From Nitrospiria bacterium (GTDB taxonomy: Bacteria > Nitrospirota > Nitrospiria > Nitrospirales > NS-4): a stretch of DNA of 64,000 nucleotides. This document shows, one piece after another, positions 46,839-56,073 of the stretch; positions within the stretch are counted from its first letter, which is position 1; every line of letters begins with the position of its first letter. Below the pieces are notes generated by a model. The model was not told where the DNA came from and ran no database searches. It was given only the letters and a program-made list of their open reading frames with translations. Made by a program: the position numbers and the translations under genes. Where the stretch lies: contig JBGPTH010000002.1 in NCBI GenBank assembly GCA_041490525.1, positions 67,214 through 131,213 of the forward strand, written 5' to 3'.

Positions 46839-47039
46839 CGTCTTATTTCGGGAAGGACGCCGGCCCGGGGATCAGGAGGACCTGCCGGGTCGAGGGCTGA
46901 GGTGGTTGTCATCGGTTGTTATGTACCACAAAGGTCCGTCGCCGGTCATTCGCGATCTGGCCGGCGGGCGGATTGTGCATGAGGCACGTCTCTGCTAAAT
47001 TGAGGCCGGCAATCGGAATTACGATGGAGTGTGAACAGG

Positions 47040-48725
47040 ATGAGCGCCAACGATAAGCAAATCATATTTTCCCTTGTCGGGGTCGGCCGTGTCGTTCCGC
47101 CGAAACGGCACGTGCTCAAGGACATCTACCTGTCCTTTTACTACGGCGCAAAGATCGGGGTTCTGGGCCCCAACGGGTCTGGAAAGAGCACGTTGCTTCG
47201 CATCATCGCGGGCCTCGACAAGGAGTATCTCGGCGAGGTCAGGTTCGCCAAGGGCTACTCGGTCGGCTTGTTCTCGCAGGAGCCCGAGCTCGATCCGGAG
47301 AAGACCGTCAAGCAGATCGTTGAGGAAGGACGCGGGGACGTCATCTCGATGCTGCGGGAGTACGAGTCCATCAGCGAGAAACTGGGCGAGAATCTTTCTC
47401 CGGAGGAAATGGAAAAGCTGTTGGAGCGACAAGGCCAGTTGCAGGAGAAGATCGAAGCCGCCAACGGCTGGGAACTCGAAAACCAGCTTGAGGTCGCCAT
47501 GGATGCTTTGCGGTGTTCTTCCCCGGAAACGAAAGTCGGGGTCCTCTCGGGAGGGGAGAAACGCCGCGTTGCCCTGTGCCGCCTGTTGATTCAGGAACCC
47601 GACATTCTGCTGCTCGATGAGCCGACCAATCATCTCGACGCGGAGTCGGTGCAATGGCTCGAGCAGCATCTTCGCCAGTATAAGGGGACGATCATCGCCG
47701 TGACCCACGACCGGTACTTCCTGGACAACGTGGCCGGCTGGATCCTGGAGCTGGACCGCGGGCAGGGCATTCCCTTTCAAGGGAATTACTCCGCCTGGCT
47801 GGAACAAAAGCAGGCGCGGCTGGAAACGGAAGAGAAAACCGAGTCCAAGCGCCGTCAAACCCTCGCCCGTGAACTGGAGTGGATCCGCATGGCGCCGAAG
47901 GCCCGCCAGGCCAAAGGCAAGGCCCGCCTGACCCGCTACGAAGCTCTGCTGAGCCAGGCTTCGGAGAAGGCCGCCGATGAGCTGGAAATTTACATCCCCC
48001 CGGGACCGCGTCTCGGGAATATGGTCTTGGAGGCCAGGGACCTCCAGAAATCTTATGGCGACAGGGTGCTCTTTGAGAACGTGACGTTTTCCCTGCCCCG
48101 CGGGGCCATCGTCGGCGTTATCGGTCCGAATGGGGCCGGGAAGACGACGCTCTTTCGCATGGTCACCGGACAGGTCCAGCCCGACGCCGGGTCGTTGAAG
48201 GTCGGAGAGACGGTGAAGATCGGGTACGTGGACCAGGATCGCGCGCTGGACGGAAACAAAACGGTCTGGGAGGTCATTTCGGAGGGGGCGGATACCATCA
48301 TGCTGGGGAAACGGGAGGTCAACTCCAGGGCCTACGTCAGCCGGTTTAATTTCGGCGGGGCGGACCAGCAGAAAAGGGTCAAAGACCTCTCCGGGGGGGA
48401 ACGCAACCGGGTGCATCTCGCGCGTATGCTGAAGGAGGGGGCCAACCTCCTGCTGCTGGACGAGCCGACGAACGATCTCGACGTGAATACCTTGCGGGCC
48501 CTCGAGGAGGCGCTCGAACACTTCGGTGGCTGCTGCATCGTAAGCAGCCACGACCGCTGGTTTCTCGACCGCATCGCGACCCACATTCTGGCCTTTGAGG
48601 GAGACAGCCGGGTCGTGTGGTTCGAAGGCGACTACAGCGCCTACGAGGCCGACCGGAGGAAGCGGCTGGGGAAAGAAGCCGAGCGCCCTCACCGCCTCCG
48701 CCACAAAAAACTCATCCGGAATTGA
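47040..48725 (+). CDS. ettA: energy-dependent translational throttle protein EttA (ABC-F ATPase)
   Basis: Two ABC cassettes ([17 protein letters not shown] and [17 protein letters not shown]). The N-terminus [29 protein letters not shown] is collinear with E. coli EttA. Confidence 0.9.
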   Translation: MSANDKQIIFSLVGVGRVVPPKRHVLKDIYLSFYYGAKIGVLGPNGSGKSTLLRIIAGLDKEYLGEVRFAKGYSVGLFSQEPELDPEKTVKQIVEEGRGDVISMLREYESISEKLGENLSPEEMEKLLERQGQLQEKIEAANGWELENQLEVAMDALRCSSPETKVGVLSGGEKRRVALCRLLIQEPDILLLDEPTNHLDAESVQWLEQHLRQYKGTIIAVTHDRYFLDNVAGWILELDRGQGIPFQGNYSAWLEQKQARLETEEKTESKRRQTLARELEWIRMAPKARQAKGKARLTRYEALLSQASEKAADELEIYIPPGPRLGNMVLEARDLQKSYGDRVLFENVTFSLPRGAIVGVIGPNGAGKTTLFRMVTGQVQPDAGSLKVGETVKIGYVDQDRALDGNKTVWEVISEGADTIMLGKREVNSRAYVSRFNFGGADQQKRVKDLSGGERNRVHLARMLKEGANLLLLDEPTNDLDVNTLRALEEALEHFGGCCIVSSHDRWFLDRIATHILAFEGDSRVVWFEGDYSAYEADRRKRLGKEAERPHRLRHKKLIRN

Positions 48726-49019
48726 TCGCGGGGTGGGGCGGCCACTTACCCGGAGTATCTTTCCTCTGTAACGGACTACAGGGACCGGGTCGACCTACCT
48801 GAAAGAAGACAATTTTTGTTGCCTGCGAAGGCTATAAAATTAAGAGGCCGTCGATTTGTATAACCCATTATAAAAATTGGTTGTTATGGCCGTGATAATG
48901 GGGAAACTTTCATGAATTTCATGATCAATAATTGAAATAAAGTTTAAACCATGCGTTGGCATGGCGAATGCATGAATGGATTGTAGGGCCATCACAGCTA
49001 ACCAGTGGAAGGAGCAGTC

Positions 49020-49487
49020 ATGGCGATTGAGGTTGAGCAACCTCCCATTCCGGTGAAGACGGACGGAGGGATGGACATGGAAAAGTCTTCCAAGCCCACA
49101 ATCCTTATCGTCGATGACGAGGCCGGCCCGCGCGAAGCCCTCCGGATGATCCTTGGTCGCCAGTTTAATCTCAAAATGGCGGAGACCGCCGGGGCGGCTC
49201 TCCAGATGCTCAGAGAGCAAACGATCGACCTCGTCACCCTTGACCTGAGGCTCCCGGACGGGTGGGGAACGGAAGTGTTGCGGGAGATCAAGCAAGAGCT
49301 GAGAGGTGTGCTGGTCATTATCATTACCGGGTATGGAACCCTGGAGGCGGCCTTGGACGGGATCGAATCCGGGGCGGATGCCTACCTGCACAAACCCTTT
49401 GACGCCAAAGAGGTCATCGGGACCATCACCCAATTGCTCAATCACTCAAGAGTCAGCCCGGCCTTGGTTCCTCAGGAGACGCTCTAA
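49020..49487 (+). CDS. single-domain response regulator (CheY-like receiver)
   Basis: RBS ggaaggag. It has ILIVDDE, the phospho-acceptor context DLVTLDLRLPD, and the conserved Lys in AYLHKPF. There is no output domain. Confidence 0.75.
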   Translation: MAIEVEQPPIPVKTDGGMDMEKSSKPTILIVDDEAGPREALRMILGRQFNLKMAETAGAALQMLREQTIDLVTLDLRLPDGWGTEVLREIKQELRGVLVIIITGYGTLEAALDGIESGADAYLHKPFDAKEVIGTITQLLNHSRVSPALVPQETL

Positions 49488-49601
49488 CGGTCGATCCGAT
49501 CTGCTCTCGTTCCCCTGCCTCTGTCGTTCTCTCTTCACCGTTAACGTAAACAGCCTTTCGCCGCCGGTTTCCTGGGTCTCTGGACAAGGGGAGCCTGACG
49601 A

Positions 49602-50390
49602 TTAGCCCATGCCGCCCAGGATCAGCAATCCCAGAGCGATCCGATAATAAGCAAAGGGCTTGAAGGTATGAGTCTTGATGAAGGTCAAAAATCCCGCAAT
49701 CACGAGCAACCCCGTGAGGAAGGCGACCGCGAGGCCGACCGGGAAGAGAAGGAAGTCGTCTTGAAAAAGCAGGTCGTGGGATTTGATGATCTTGTAGCCC
49801 GTGGCCGCCACCATGGTCGGCAGCGCCAGCAGGAACGAGAATTCGGTTGCGGTCGGCCGATCCATGCCGGTCAAGAGGCCGCCCATGATGGTCGCTCCGG
49901 ACCGCGACACCCCGGGAAACAAGGAGACGCATTGCGCAAGCCCGACCCACCAGGCCTCCCGGACGCCCACCTCTTCCAACCGGAATATCCGGCGTTCCCT
50001 CACGAAATGTTCGACGGCCAGAATGACGACTCCTCCTGCGACGAGCGCGTATGCCACGGTGACCGGTCCGAACAGATGGGCTTCAATCCACCGGTGAGAC
50101 GCCAAGCCGACGAAGGCTGCCGGCAGGAAGGCGACCCCGATGCCCATCAGAAGCCGCCGGCTGGCCGGGTCGGAGGGGAGCCGCTCGACCAGGGTCCAGA
50201 GCCGGCGGCGAAAGTAGACGAAGACGGAGAGAATGGACCCGAGCTGGATGGCAATCTCAAAGGTGACGGCGGAGGCGTCGGTGAAGCCCAAGGCATGCCC
50301 GACCAGGATGAGATGGCCGGTGGAGGAGACCGGCAAGAACTCGGTCAACCCCTCCACGATGCCGAGTATGATGGCGGTCCAGATGTCCAT
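49602..50390 (-). CDS. uppP: undecaprenyl-diphosphate phosphatase
   Basis: Start taken at MDIWTAIILGIVEGLTEFLPVSSTGHL (the BacA/UppP signature). The upstream 51 codons were not accepted. Confidence 0.85.
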   Translation of the reverse strand: MDIWTAIILGIVEGLTEFLPVSSTGHLILVGHALGFTDASAVTFEIAIQLGSILSVFVYFRRRLWTLVERLPSDPASRRLLMGIGVAFLPAAFVGLASHRWIEAHLFGPVTVAYALVAGGVVILAVEHFVRERRIFRLEEVGVREAWWVGLAQCVSLFPGVSRSGATIMGGLLTGMDRPTATEFSFLLALPTMVAATGYKIIKSHDLLFQDDFLLFPVGLAVAFLTGLLVIAGFLTFIKTHTFKPFAYYRIALGLLILGGMG

Positions 50391-50554
50391 AAAGGTCCGC
50401 GCATCTTCGGCCAGGGGTGCGTGATTGTCAAGGGCGGGGACCGCGAACCCGTTTCGTAGTTGACAATAAGAAGGGTTTCGATTACATCTGGAAAGGTTAA
50501 GGTTGTGGGCGGGAATGCCCCCAAATCCCCTCGTGCCTGCCAAGGGAGGCTTGG

Positions 50555-51379
50555 ATGAAGGATCGGATCAGGAGCGGTTTGGTGCTGTTGTTGACGGCGA
50601 TGTTGACGGGGTGCGTGGTGAGCCAAAGCACGCACGAGCTGACGTTACAGGATCTTCAGGCAACCAAGAGCGATCTCGATCAAAAGCGCGTCCAGAACGA
50701 GGCGCTCAATAAGCAATTGAAGGCACTGCGGGAGGCGAATGCCAAGCTGAAGGAAGACCTGGAGAAGGGCGCGAATGAAATCGCGTCCCTGAACGCGGTG
50801 GTGGGAAAAGAGCGGCAGGCGGGGGAAAACAAGCTCAAGGACCTGGAACGGCAGGTGAAGGAACTGGCGGCCGCCAAAAGGACGGTGATGCAGGATCTGG
50901 AGGTCCAAAAGCAGCGCAATGAGGATCATCTGAAGACGATCCGGCGCCAGCAAAAGGAACTGAAGGAGCGAGAGCAGGCGGCTCTGCTGACGCCGCCCGC
51001 TCCGGCCAAGCCCGCTTCACCGTCTGCGCCGGAGCCGCCGAAGCCGCCCGTCGCTCCAGAGGGAAGCCTCCCCAATGCGGTGGAGTCCAAGCCTGTTCAA
51101 CCGCCGCCCTCCGCCACGTCACCGCTGCCCAACAAACCCATCGCCGTTCCGGAGGCGCCGAAGCCGCCTGTGACCGGCTTGCCCACCCCGGCCGGCTTGG
51201 TCGACGTGAACAGGGCTTCCCCGATCGATCTGACGTTGAACCTGGGGTTGGGCAAGGAGGATTCCGACAAGCTCATCAAGAATCGGCCGTATAAGACCAA
51301 AGAGGAGCTTGTCTCGAAGGCCGGTATCGCGAAGGCCACAGTGGACAAGATGCGGGACAAGATCACCGTCGGCCCCTAA
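50555..51379 (+). CDS. lipoprotein with coiled-coil, Pro-rich linker and C-terminal helix-hairpin-helix (ComEA-like) domain
   Basis: 274 aa with the lipobox LLTAMLTGC. It has about 130 aa of heptad-like charged sequence and a PAPAKPASPSAPEPPKPPVAP linker. The C-terminus is VDVNRASPIDLTLNLGLGKEDSDKLIKNRPYKTKEEL. Confidence 0.6.
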   Translation: MKDRIRSGLVLLLTAMLTGCVVSQSTHELTLQDLQATKSDLDQKRVQNEALNKQLKALREANAKLKEDLEKGANEIASLNAVVGKERQAGENKLKDLERQVKELAAAKRTVMQDLEVQKQRNEDHLKTIRRQQKELKEREQAALLTPPAPAKPASPSAPEPPKPPVAPEGSLPNAVESKPVQPPPSATSPLPNKPIAVPEAPKPPVTGLPTPAGLVDVNRASPIDLTLNLGLGKEDSDKLIKNRPYKTKEELVSKAGIAKATVDKMRDKITVGP

Positions 51380-51410
51380 GCTTCGGCGATCATTGCGGTG
51401 ACGAGATCGA

Positions 51411-51445
51411 GGCCATGTCCCCGAAAATGGGGCATGGCCTTTTTT
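51411..51445 (+). terminator. Rho-independent terminator
   Basis: ggccatgtcccc-gaaaat-ggggcatggcc (an 11-bp stem with one bulge), followed by TTTTTT. Confidence 0.75.
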
Positions 51446-51616
51446 GTTGGGGGACCGGTTTGACACCACACCGGGGGGGTCCATAGAATGAATTAACAAC
51501 CATTCCGTAGCGCTGGCACGCGAAGCGTGGCGCGGTGCCGGTGGACCTTCTTGAAATGGTTCGAGGCGAGAACGAGGATCGGAGAGCCATTTTCCAATGG
51601 GCTCCTGGAGGAGGAC

Positions 51617-52969
51617 ATGATGGGACCGAAAACCGTAGGACTGGGAGCGATGGTCATATGGCTCATGGGAGGAGGGTTCGTGGCGACGGCGTCCGCCGCC
51701 GAGGCCCCCTCGCCGGTGACGATACCTGAGATTCTCACACTGGACAGGGCGACCGAGATCGCTCTTTCCAACCACCCGAGCCTTCGCGTCGCCTCCGGGA
51801 CGCAGTCCGCCAACTTAGCCAGGGTGGGCCAAGCCCAATCCGCTTATTTCCCGCAAATCCAGGCCAGGGGGGCGTATCAGCAGGCGACCGCCAATGCCTC
51901 CTCGTCATTCGGCGGGGGGCCGGTCCAGCGCAATACCAGCGGTCAGAGTTTCGGGACCTACCTGAGCAACGTGAACCTCAACCAGACGATTTTCGATTTC
52001 GGAAAGATCCGGTCTCAGGTCGACACGGCGCAGTTCAACTTCCAGGCCGCCCGGTCGGATTCGGAAACCACCCTCCAGACGGTGGTCGTGAACGTGCAGC
52101 AGGCATATTACGGACTTCAGCAGGCCCAGCGCCTCGTCCAGGTGAATGAAGAAGCGCTCGTACAGTTTCAGAAACATCTCGATCTGGCCAAAGGGCGGTT
52201 CAAGGTCGGCGTGGCCCCCAAGATCGACGTGACCACGGCTGAGGTGGATCTGTCCAATGCGCGACTGAATTTGATCACGGCCAAGAACAACTGGTTGGTG
52301 GCTCGGGTCACCCTCAACAATGCGATGGGTATCATCGCGACCGGGCCGTATAATGTCGAATACCCTGGGGCGTTCGAGTCCTACGCCGTCACGATGGAAG
52401 AGGCGTTGGATCGCGCGATCCGCCTTCGTCCGGAAATGGTTTCCCAGCGCGCCCTGGAGCAGGCCGCCGATGCGGCGATCAAGACCGCCCAGAGCGATTT
52501 CTTCCCGACGGTCAGCGGTGCGGCCACGTATTCCTACAACGGGCAGGAGTTTCCGCTCGTGTGGAATTGGAACCTCACGGGGTCGGTGGCCATCCCGATT
52601 TTCAGCGGATTCCTCACCAAGCAGCAAGTGGCCGAGGCCCGCGCGAACCTTCTCAGGACCAAGGCCAACGGGGACGTCCTTCGGCAGACCATTCAGTTGG
52701 AGGTCAGTCAGGCCCTCTTGAACTTGCAAGCCGCTGAAGAACGGTTGCGGGTTACGGCCATCACCGTGACCCAGGCGAAGGAACGGCTGGCGCTGGTCGA
52801 GGGGCGGTACAAGGCCGGCCTCAGCAACGCGGTGGAGGTGACGGACGGCGAGGTAGCGCTCGTGAACGCCCAGGTCAACGATGTGGTTGCCATGTCGAGC
52901 TACCAATCCTCGAAGGCCCAGCTTGAGCGAGCCATGGGGACCATTTCCACTGCGCAGGGACGTCCATGA
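51617..52969 (+). CDS. TolC-family outer membrane efflux protein
   Basis: Start taken at MMGPKTVGLGAMVIWLMGGGFVATASAAEA, with the RBS ggaggagg. It has two repeated TolC-type halves. Its stop overlaps the start of the next gene. Confidence 0.8.
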   Translation: MMGPKTVGLGAMVIWLMGGGFVATASAAEAPSPVTIPEILTLDRATEIALSNHPSLRVASGTQSANLARVGQAQSAYFPQIQARGAYQQATANASSSFGGGPVQRNTSGQSFGTYLSNVNLNQTIFDFGKIRSQVDTAQFNFQAARSDSETTLQTVVVNVQQAYYGLQQAQRLVQVNEEALVQFQKHLDLAKGRFKVGVAPKIDVTTAEVDLSNARLNLITAKNNWLVARVTLNNAMGIIATGPYNVEYPGAFESYAVTMEEALDRAIRLRPEMVSQRALEQAADAAIKTAQSDFFPTVSGAATYSYNGQEFPLVWNWNLTGSVAIPIFSGFLTKQQVAEARANLLRTKANGDVLRQTIQLEVSQALLNLQAAEERLRVTAITVTQAKERLALVEGRYKAGLSNAVEVTDGEVALVNAQVNDVVAMSSYQSSKAQLERAMGTISTAQGRP

Positions 52970-54285
52970 AAGTGAGGTCGTGGACCGTCGGCGGTGTCCT
53001 GCTGGCGGTCGTCCTGGGAGCGGGAGGCTACGTCTACTGGAACGGGGCCCAGAACCCTCCGCCCCAATACAAGACCGCGAAGATTGAACGGGGAGCGGTC
53101 ACGCAGGTCGTGACGGCGACCGGCACGATCAATCCGGTCATCACGGTCCAGGTCGGCAGTCAGGTGTCGGGGATCATCCAGAACCTCTATGCCGATTTCA
53201 ACTCGGTCGTGAAAGCCGGCCAGGTGGTGGCCCAGATTGATCCGGCTCCTTTTCGGACCGTTGTCACGCAGATGGAAGCCAACCTCCAGAACGCCTTAGG
53301 GGGCCTGGCCCGGGCGCGCTCCGATCTTGTCCTACAGAAGCTCAACTTTGACCGCGCGAAAGCGTTGTTCGGGCAGCAACTGAATGCCCAGCAGGACGTG
53401 GATAATGCCAGGACCGCCTTCGAAACCTCTCAGGCCAATATCCAGGTGGCGGAGGCGCAGGTGAAACAAGCCCGGGCTCAATTGGAGACGGCGAAGGTCA
53501 ATCTGGAGTACACCACCATCCACTCTCCGGTGAACGGGATCGTGATCTCGCGGAACGTCGACGTCGGCCAGACGGTCGCGGCGAGCTTTCAAACGCCGGT
53601 CCTGTTCACGGTCGCCAAGGACTTGACCAAGATGCAGGTCGACACGAACGTCAGCGAGTCCGACATCGGGGGCATCACCGAAGGGAAACCCGCCACATTC
53701 GTCGTGGATGCCTATCCCAATCAAGTCTTCAACGGCACGGTGATCCAGGTTCGGAACGCGCCGATTACCGTTCAGAATGTCGTGACCTATAATGTCGTCA
53801 TCGGTGTGGACAACGCCGATCTTCGGCTCAGGCCCGGCATGACGGCCAACGCCTCGATCGTGGTCAACCGCCGGGAGCAGGTCTTGAGGGTTCCGAACGC
53901 CGCGTTACGGTTCAAACCGACCTTGGCAAGGAGCGGGGAGAGAACTGGAGGGCCGCCAACCTCGGCGTTGGGGAAGCCGGATGGCGGCGGCAAAGGCGGC
54001 TCTTCTGAAAGTGGAAGCCGGGAAGGTCCTGACGGCAAGTCCAAGTCAAAAGTGTGGCTGCGTGGCTCGCAGGGGGAGGCGACACCGATGGAGTTGAAGA
54101 CCGGCATTACGGACGGCGCCTTCACGGAACTTCTCGAAGGACTCGTGAAGGAAGGAGACGACGTGATCGTTGGTCTGGACCTGCCGAAGGGGGCCCCCGG
54201 CAGCCGTGCGGGGGGGGCCTTGCCCCCGGGGTTCGGTTCGCAGCCCGCGCAGCGGCCGAGTACTGGCACTCCGCGAGGACTCTGA
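52966..54285 (+). CDS. efflux periplasmic adaptor subunit (HlyD/MacA-like)
   Basis: 439 aa with an N-terminal anchor, a coiled-coil hairpin, and a barrel-sandwich motif (YTTIHSPVNGIVISRNVDVGQ). A Gly/Ser/Lys-rich insert lies near the C-terminus. Confidence 0.8.
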   Translation: MKVRSWTVGGVLLAVVLGAGGYVYWNGAQNPPPQYKTAKIERGAVTQVVTATGTINPVITVQVGSQVSGIIQNLYADFNSVVKAGQVVAQIDPAPFRTVVTQMEANLQNALGGLARARSDLVLQKLNFDRAKALFGQQLNAQQDVDNARTAFETSQANIQVAEAQVKQARAQLETAKVNLEYTTIHSPVNGIVISRNVDVGQTVAASFQTPVLFTVAKDLTKMQVDTNVSESDIGGITEGKPATFVVDAYPNQVFNGTVIQVRNAPITVQNVVTYNVVIGVDNADLRLRPGMTANASIVVNRREQVLRVPNAALRFKPTLARSGERTGGPPTSALGKPDGGGKGGSSESGSREGPDGKSKSKVWLRGSQGEATPMELKTGITDGAFTELLEGLVKEGDDVIVGLDLPKGAPGSRAGGALPPGFGSQPAQRPSTGTPRGL

Positions 54286-55010
54286 TGGGCCTGATTGTCT
54301 GCCGGGACCTGGTGAAGACGTATCGGCTGGGCGAGATGGAAGTCCACGCGCTGAGGGGAGTCTCGCTGGATGTGCAGGCCGGGGGGTTCGTGGCGGTCAT
54401 GGGCGCGTCGGGCTCCGGCAAGTCCACCTTGATGAATGTCCTCGGATGTCTGGACGTCCCGACGAGCGGGACCTACAAACTGGACGGGGTCGACGTCTCG
54501 ACGCTGAGCGGGAATCAGTTGGCCGACATCCGCAACCAAAAGATCGGGTTCGTATTCCAGAGCTTCAACCTGATCCCCCGGACCACGGCGTGCGAAAACG
54601 TGCAGCTCCCGCTGTTCTACCGGGGCATATCGTCGCGGGAGCAGCAGGCCCTGGCCATGCGGGCGCTGGCGCGAGTGGGGCTGGCGGGTCGTGAACAGCA
54701 TCACCCTGCCCAGTTGTCGGGGGGGCAGCAGCAGCGCGTGGCGATCGCGCGCGCGTTGGTCACCAATCCGGTCCTGATCCTGGCGGACGAGCCGACCGGC
54801 AACCTGGACAGCCAGGCATCCCGGGAGATCATGGACACCCTGACGCAGCTGAACGTCAACGAGGGATTGACGATCATCCTGGTTACCCACGAGGGAGACA
54901 TCGCTCGGTTCGCCCGGCGGGTTATTACCATGAGAGACGGCTTGATTGTGTCCGACCGGGCCACGGCCGAGGCGGTCGGGACCCCCCCGCTGTATGAGGC
55001 GAGGGGATGA
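54285..55010 (+). CDS. ABC transporter ATP-binding protein (MacB/LolD-type)
   Basis: It has Walker A GASGSGKST, signature LSGGQQQR and Walker B ILADEPTGNLD. A TGATG overlap links it to the adaptor gene. Confidence 0.9.
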   Translation: MGLIVCRDLVKTYRLGEMEVHALRGVSLDVQAGGFVAVMGASGSGKSTLMNVLGCLDVPTSGTYKLDGVDVSTLSGNQLADIRNQKIGFVFQSFNLIPRTTACENVQLPLFYRGISSREQQALAMRALARVGLAGREQHHPAQLSGGQQQRVAIARALVTNPVLILADEPTGNLDSQASREIMDTLTQLNVNEGLTIILVTHEGDIARFARRVITMRDGLIVSDRATAEAVGTPPLYEARG

Positions 55011-55312
55011 ATTTTCTCCTGATGACGGTTCTAGTGGCGTTTCGCGTGCTCGGCCGGCACCGGATGCGCTCGGCGCTGACGATGCTGGGGATCATTATCG
55101 GGGTGGGGGCCGTGATCGCGATGGTCAGCATCGGGGAGGGGGTGGCGGGCGCGAAGATGGCCTCGAACGTCGCCGGATGGCCCACGATTATTTCTCCCGA
55201 CATCCTGGTCATCGCCTTCGGATTCTCCGCCCTGGTGGGCATCTTTTTCGGTCTGTATCCCGCCAACAAGGCGTCCCGGCTGAACCCCATCGACGCGCTG
55301 CGGTACGAATAG
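55007..55312 (+). CDS. remnant of MacB/FtsX-type ABC permease (in-frame internal deletion, probably non-functional)
   Basis: Only 101 aa. The first ~45 aa are the typical permease N-terminus (RSALTMLGIIIGVGAVIAMVSIG). The last ~40 aa are the typical C-terminus (AFGFSALVGIFFGLYPANKASRLNPIDALRYE). The periplasmic domain and TM2-TM3 (about 300 aa) are absent. Confidence 0.65.
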   Translation: MNFLLMTVLVAFRVLGRHRMRSALTMLGIIIGVGAVIAMVSIGEGVAGAKMASNVAGWPTIISPDILVIAFGFSALVGIFFGLYPANKASRLNPIDALRYE

Positions 55313-55360
55313 ACCGGAGGGAGGATCGAGCGCCCCCTAGGACGCCCAAAGGAGCCGCCG

Positions 55361-55738
55361 ATGTGGAAGCACAATTTCATGTTCAGGCAATCCGAGGCGG
55401 GGCCGGTCGCCAAGACCGAGGAGGAATTGTTCCAGGACATTCAGCCGGCCTTGGACAGCGCCGGTCTGAACGGCGAACGCTATATCTCGGTCTGGGTGCA
55501 GGGGGAAGAGGAGAACGGCAAGCCGGTGATGTACACCAACATCTACGCGAGGACCGCCGTCCTGGATGTAGGACGGCGAGCCGGGTTTCTTCAGCCCTAT
55601 CAGGGCCGCTCGCACCAAATTAAAAAGTTGCTGTCGGGGCCCCAGAAGGTCTGGATCAAGCAGTGGCTGGTTCGCACCTCCGAAGAGGCCTGGGAATCGG
55701 CCGACGACTCGTTCAAGATGATCTTCGAGGAAGAGTGA
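55361..55738 (+). CDS. hypothetical cytoplasmic protein
   Basis: 125 aa with the RBS aaaggag 6 nt upstream. No domain was recognised. It is followed by a strong hairpin. Confidence 0.45.
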   Translation: MWKHNFMFRQSEAGPVAKTEEELFQDIQPALDSAGLNGERYISVWVQGEEENGKPVMYTNIYARTAVLDVGRRAGFLQPYQGRSHQIKKLLSGPQKVWIKQWLVRTSEEAWESADDSFKMIFEEE

Positions 55739-55756
55739 ACCGGAAGAGGAAATAAA

Positions 55757-55787
55757 AAGGCCGGCGCTGGTTGAAGCCGCCGGCCTT
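55757..55787. terminator. bidirectional Rho-independent terminator between convergent genes
   Basis: A perfect 10-bp stem pairs aaggccggcg with cgccggcctt across an 11-nt loop. It has an A-run upstream and a T-rich tract downstream. Confidence 0.7.
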
Positions 55788-55812
55788 CTTTGTTCCAGAG
55801 AGTGGGGGAGAA

Positions 55813-56073
55813 TTACTTCTTCTCTTCCTTTTTCTCTTCCTTCTTCTCTTCCTTCTTTTCCTTCTTTTCCTTCTTTTCCTTCTTGGACTTCTTTTCCTTC
55901 TTCTCAGCCTTCTTGCCCTCGTCCTTCTTCATCTCCGCACCACCAGCCGCAGGGGCAGGAGCCGCAGGGGCAGCAGCCGGCGCGTCCATCTTCTTCTCCT
56001 CTGCCGCAAAGGTGGAGCCGGCAAAGGTCACTCCGATCATCACCGCAAACAACGCTGCGAGAATGGTCTTCAT
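55813..56073 (-). CDS. small secreted Lys/Glu-repeat protein
   Basis: 86 aa counted from the ATG at 56073, with the RBS aaggagg 11 nt upstream. It has signal peptide MKTILAALFAVMIGVTFAGSTFA, an Ala/Pro linker, then (E)KK repeats. The mirror ORFs on the + strand were rejected. Confidence 0.55.
   Translation of the reverse strand: MKTILAALFAVMIGVTFAGSTFAAEEKKMDAPAAAPAAPAPAAGGAEMKKDEGKKAEKKEKKSKKEKKEKKEKKEEKKEEKKEEKK

Noticed and set aside
48840-49445. The 201-aa minus-strand ORF overlapping the response-regulator gene.
   Set aside because: It is antisense to a gene with clear receiver-domain motifs. Its own N-terminal part lies in that gene and its end lies in AT-rich non-coding DNA.
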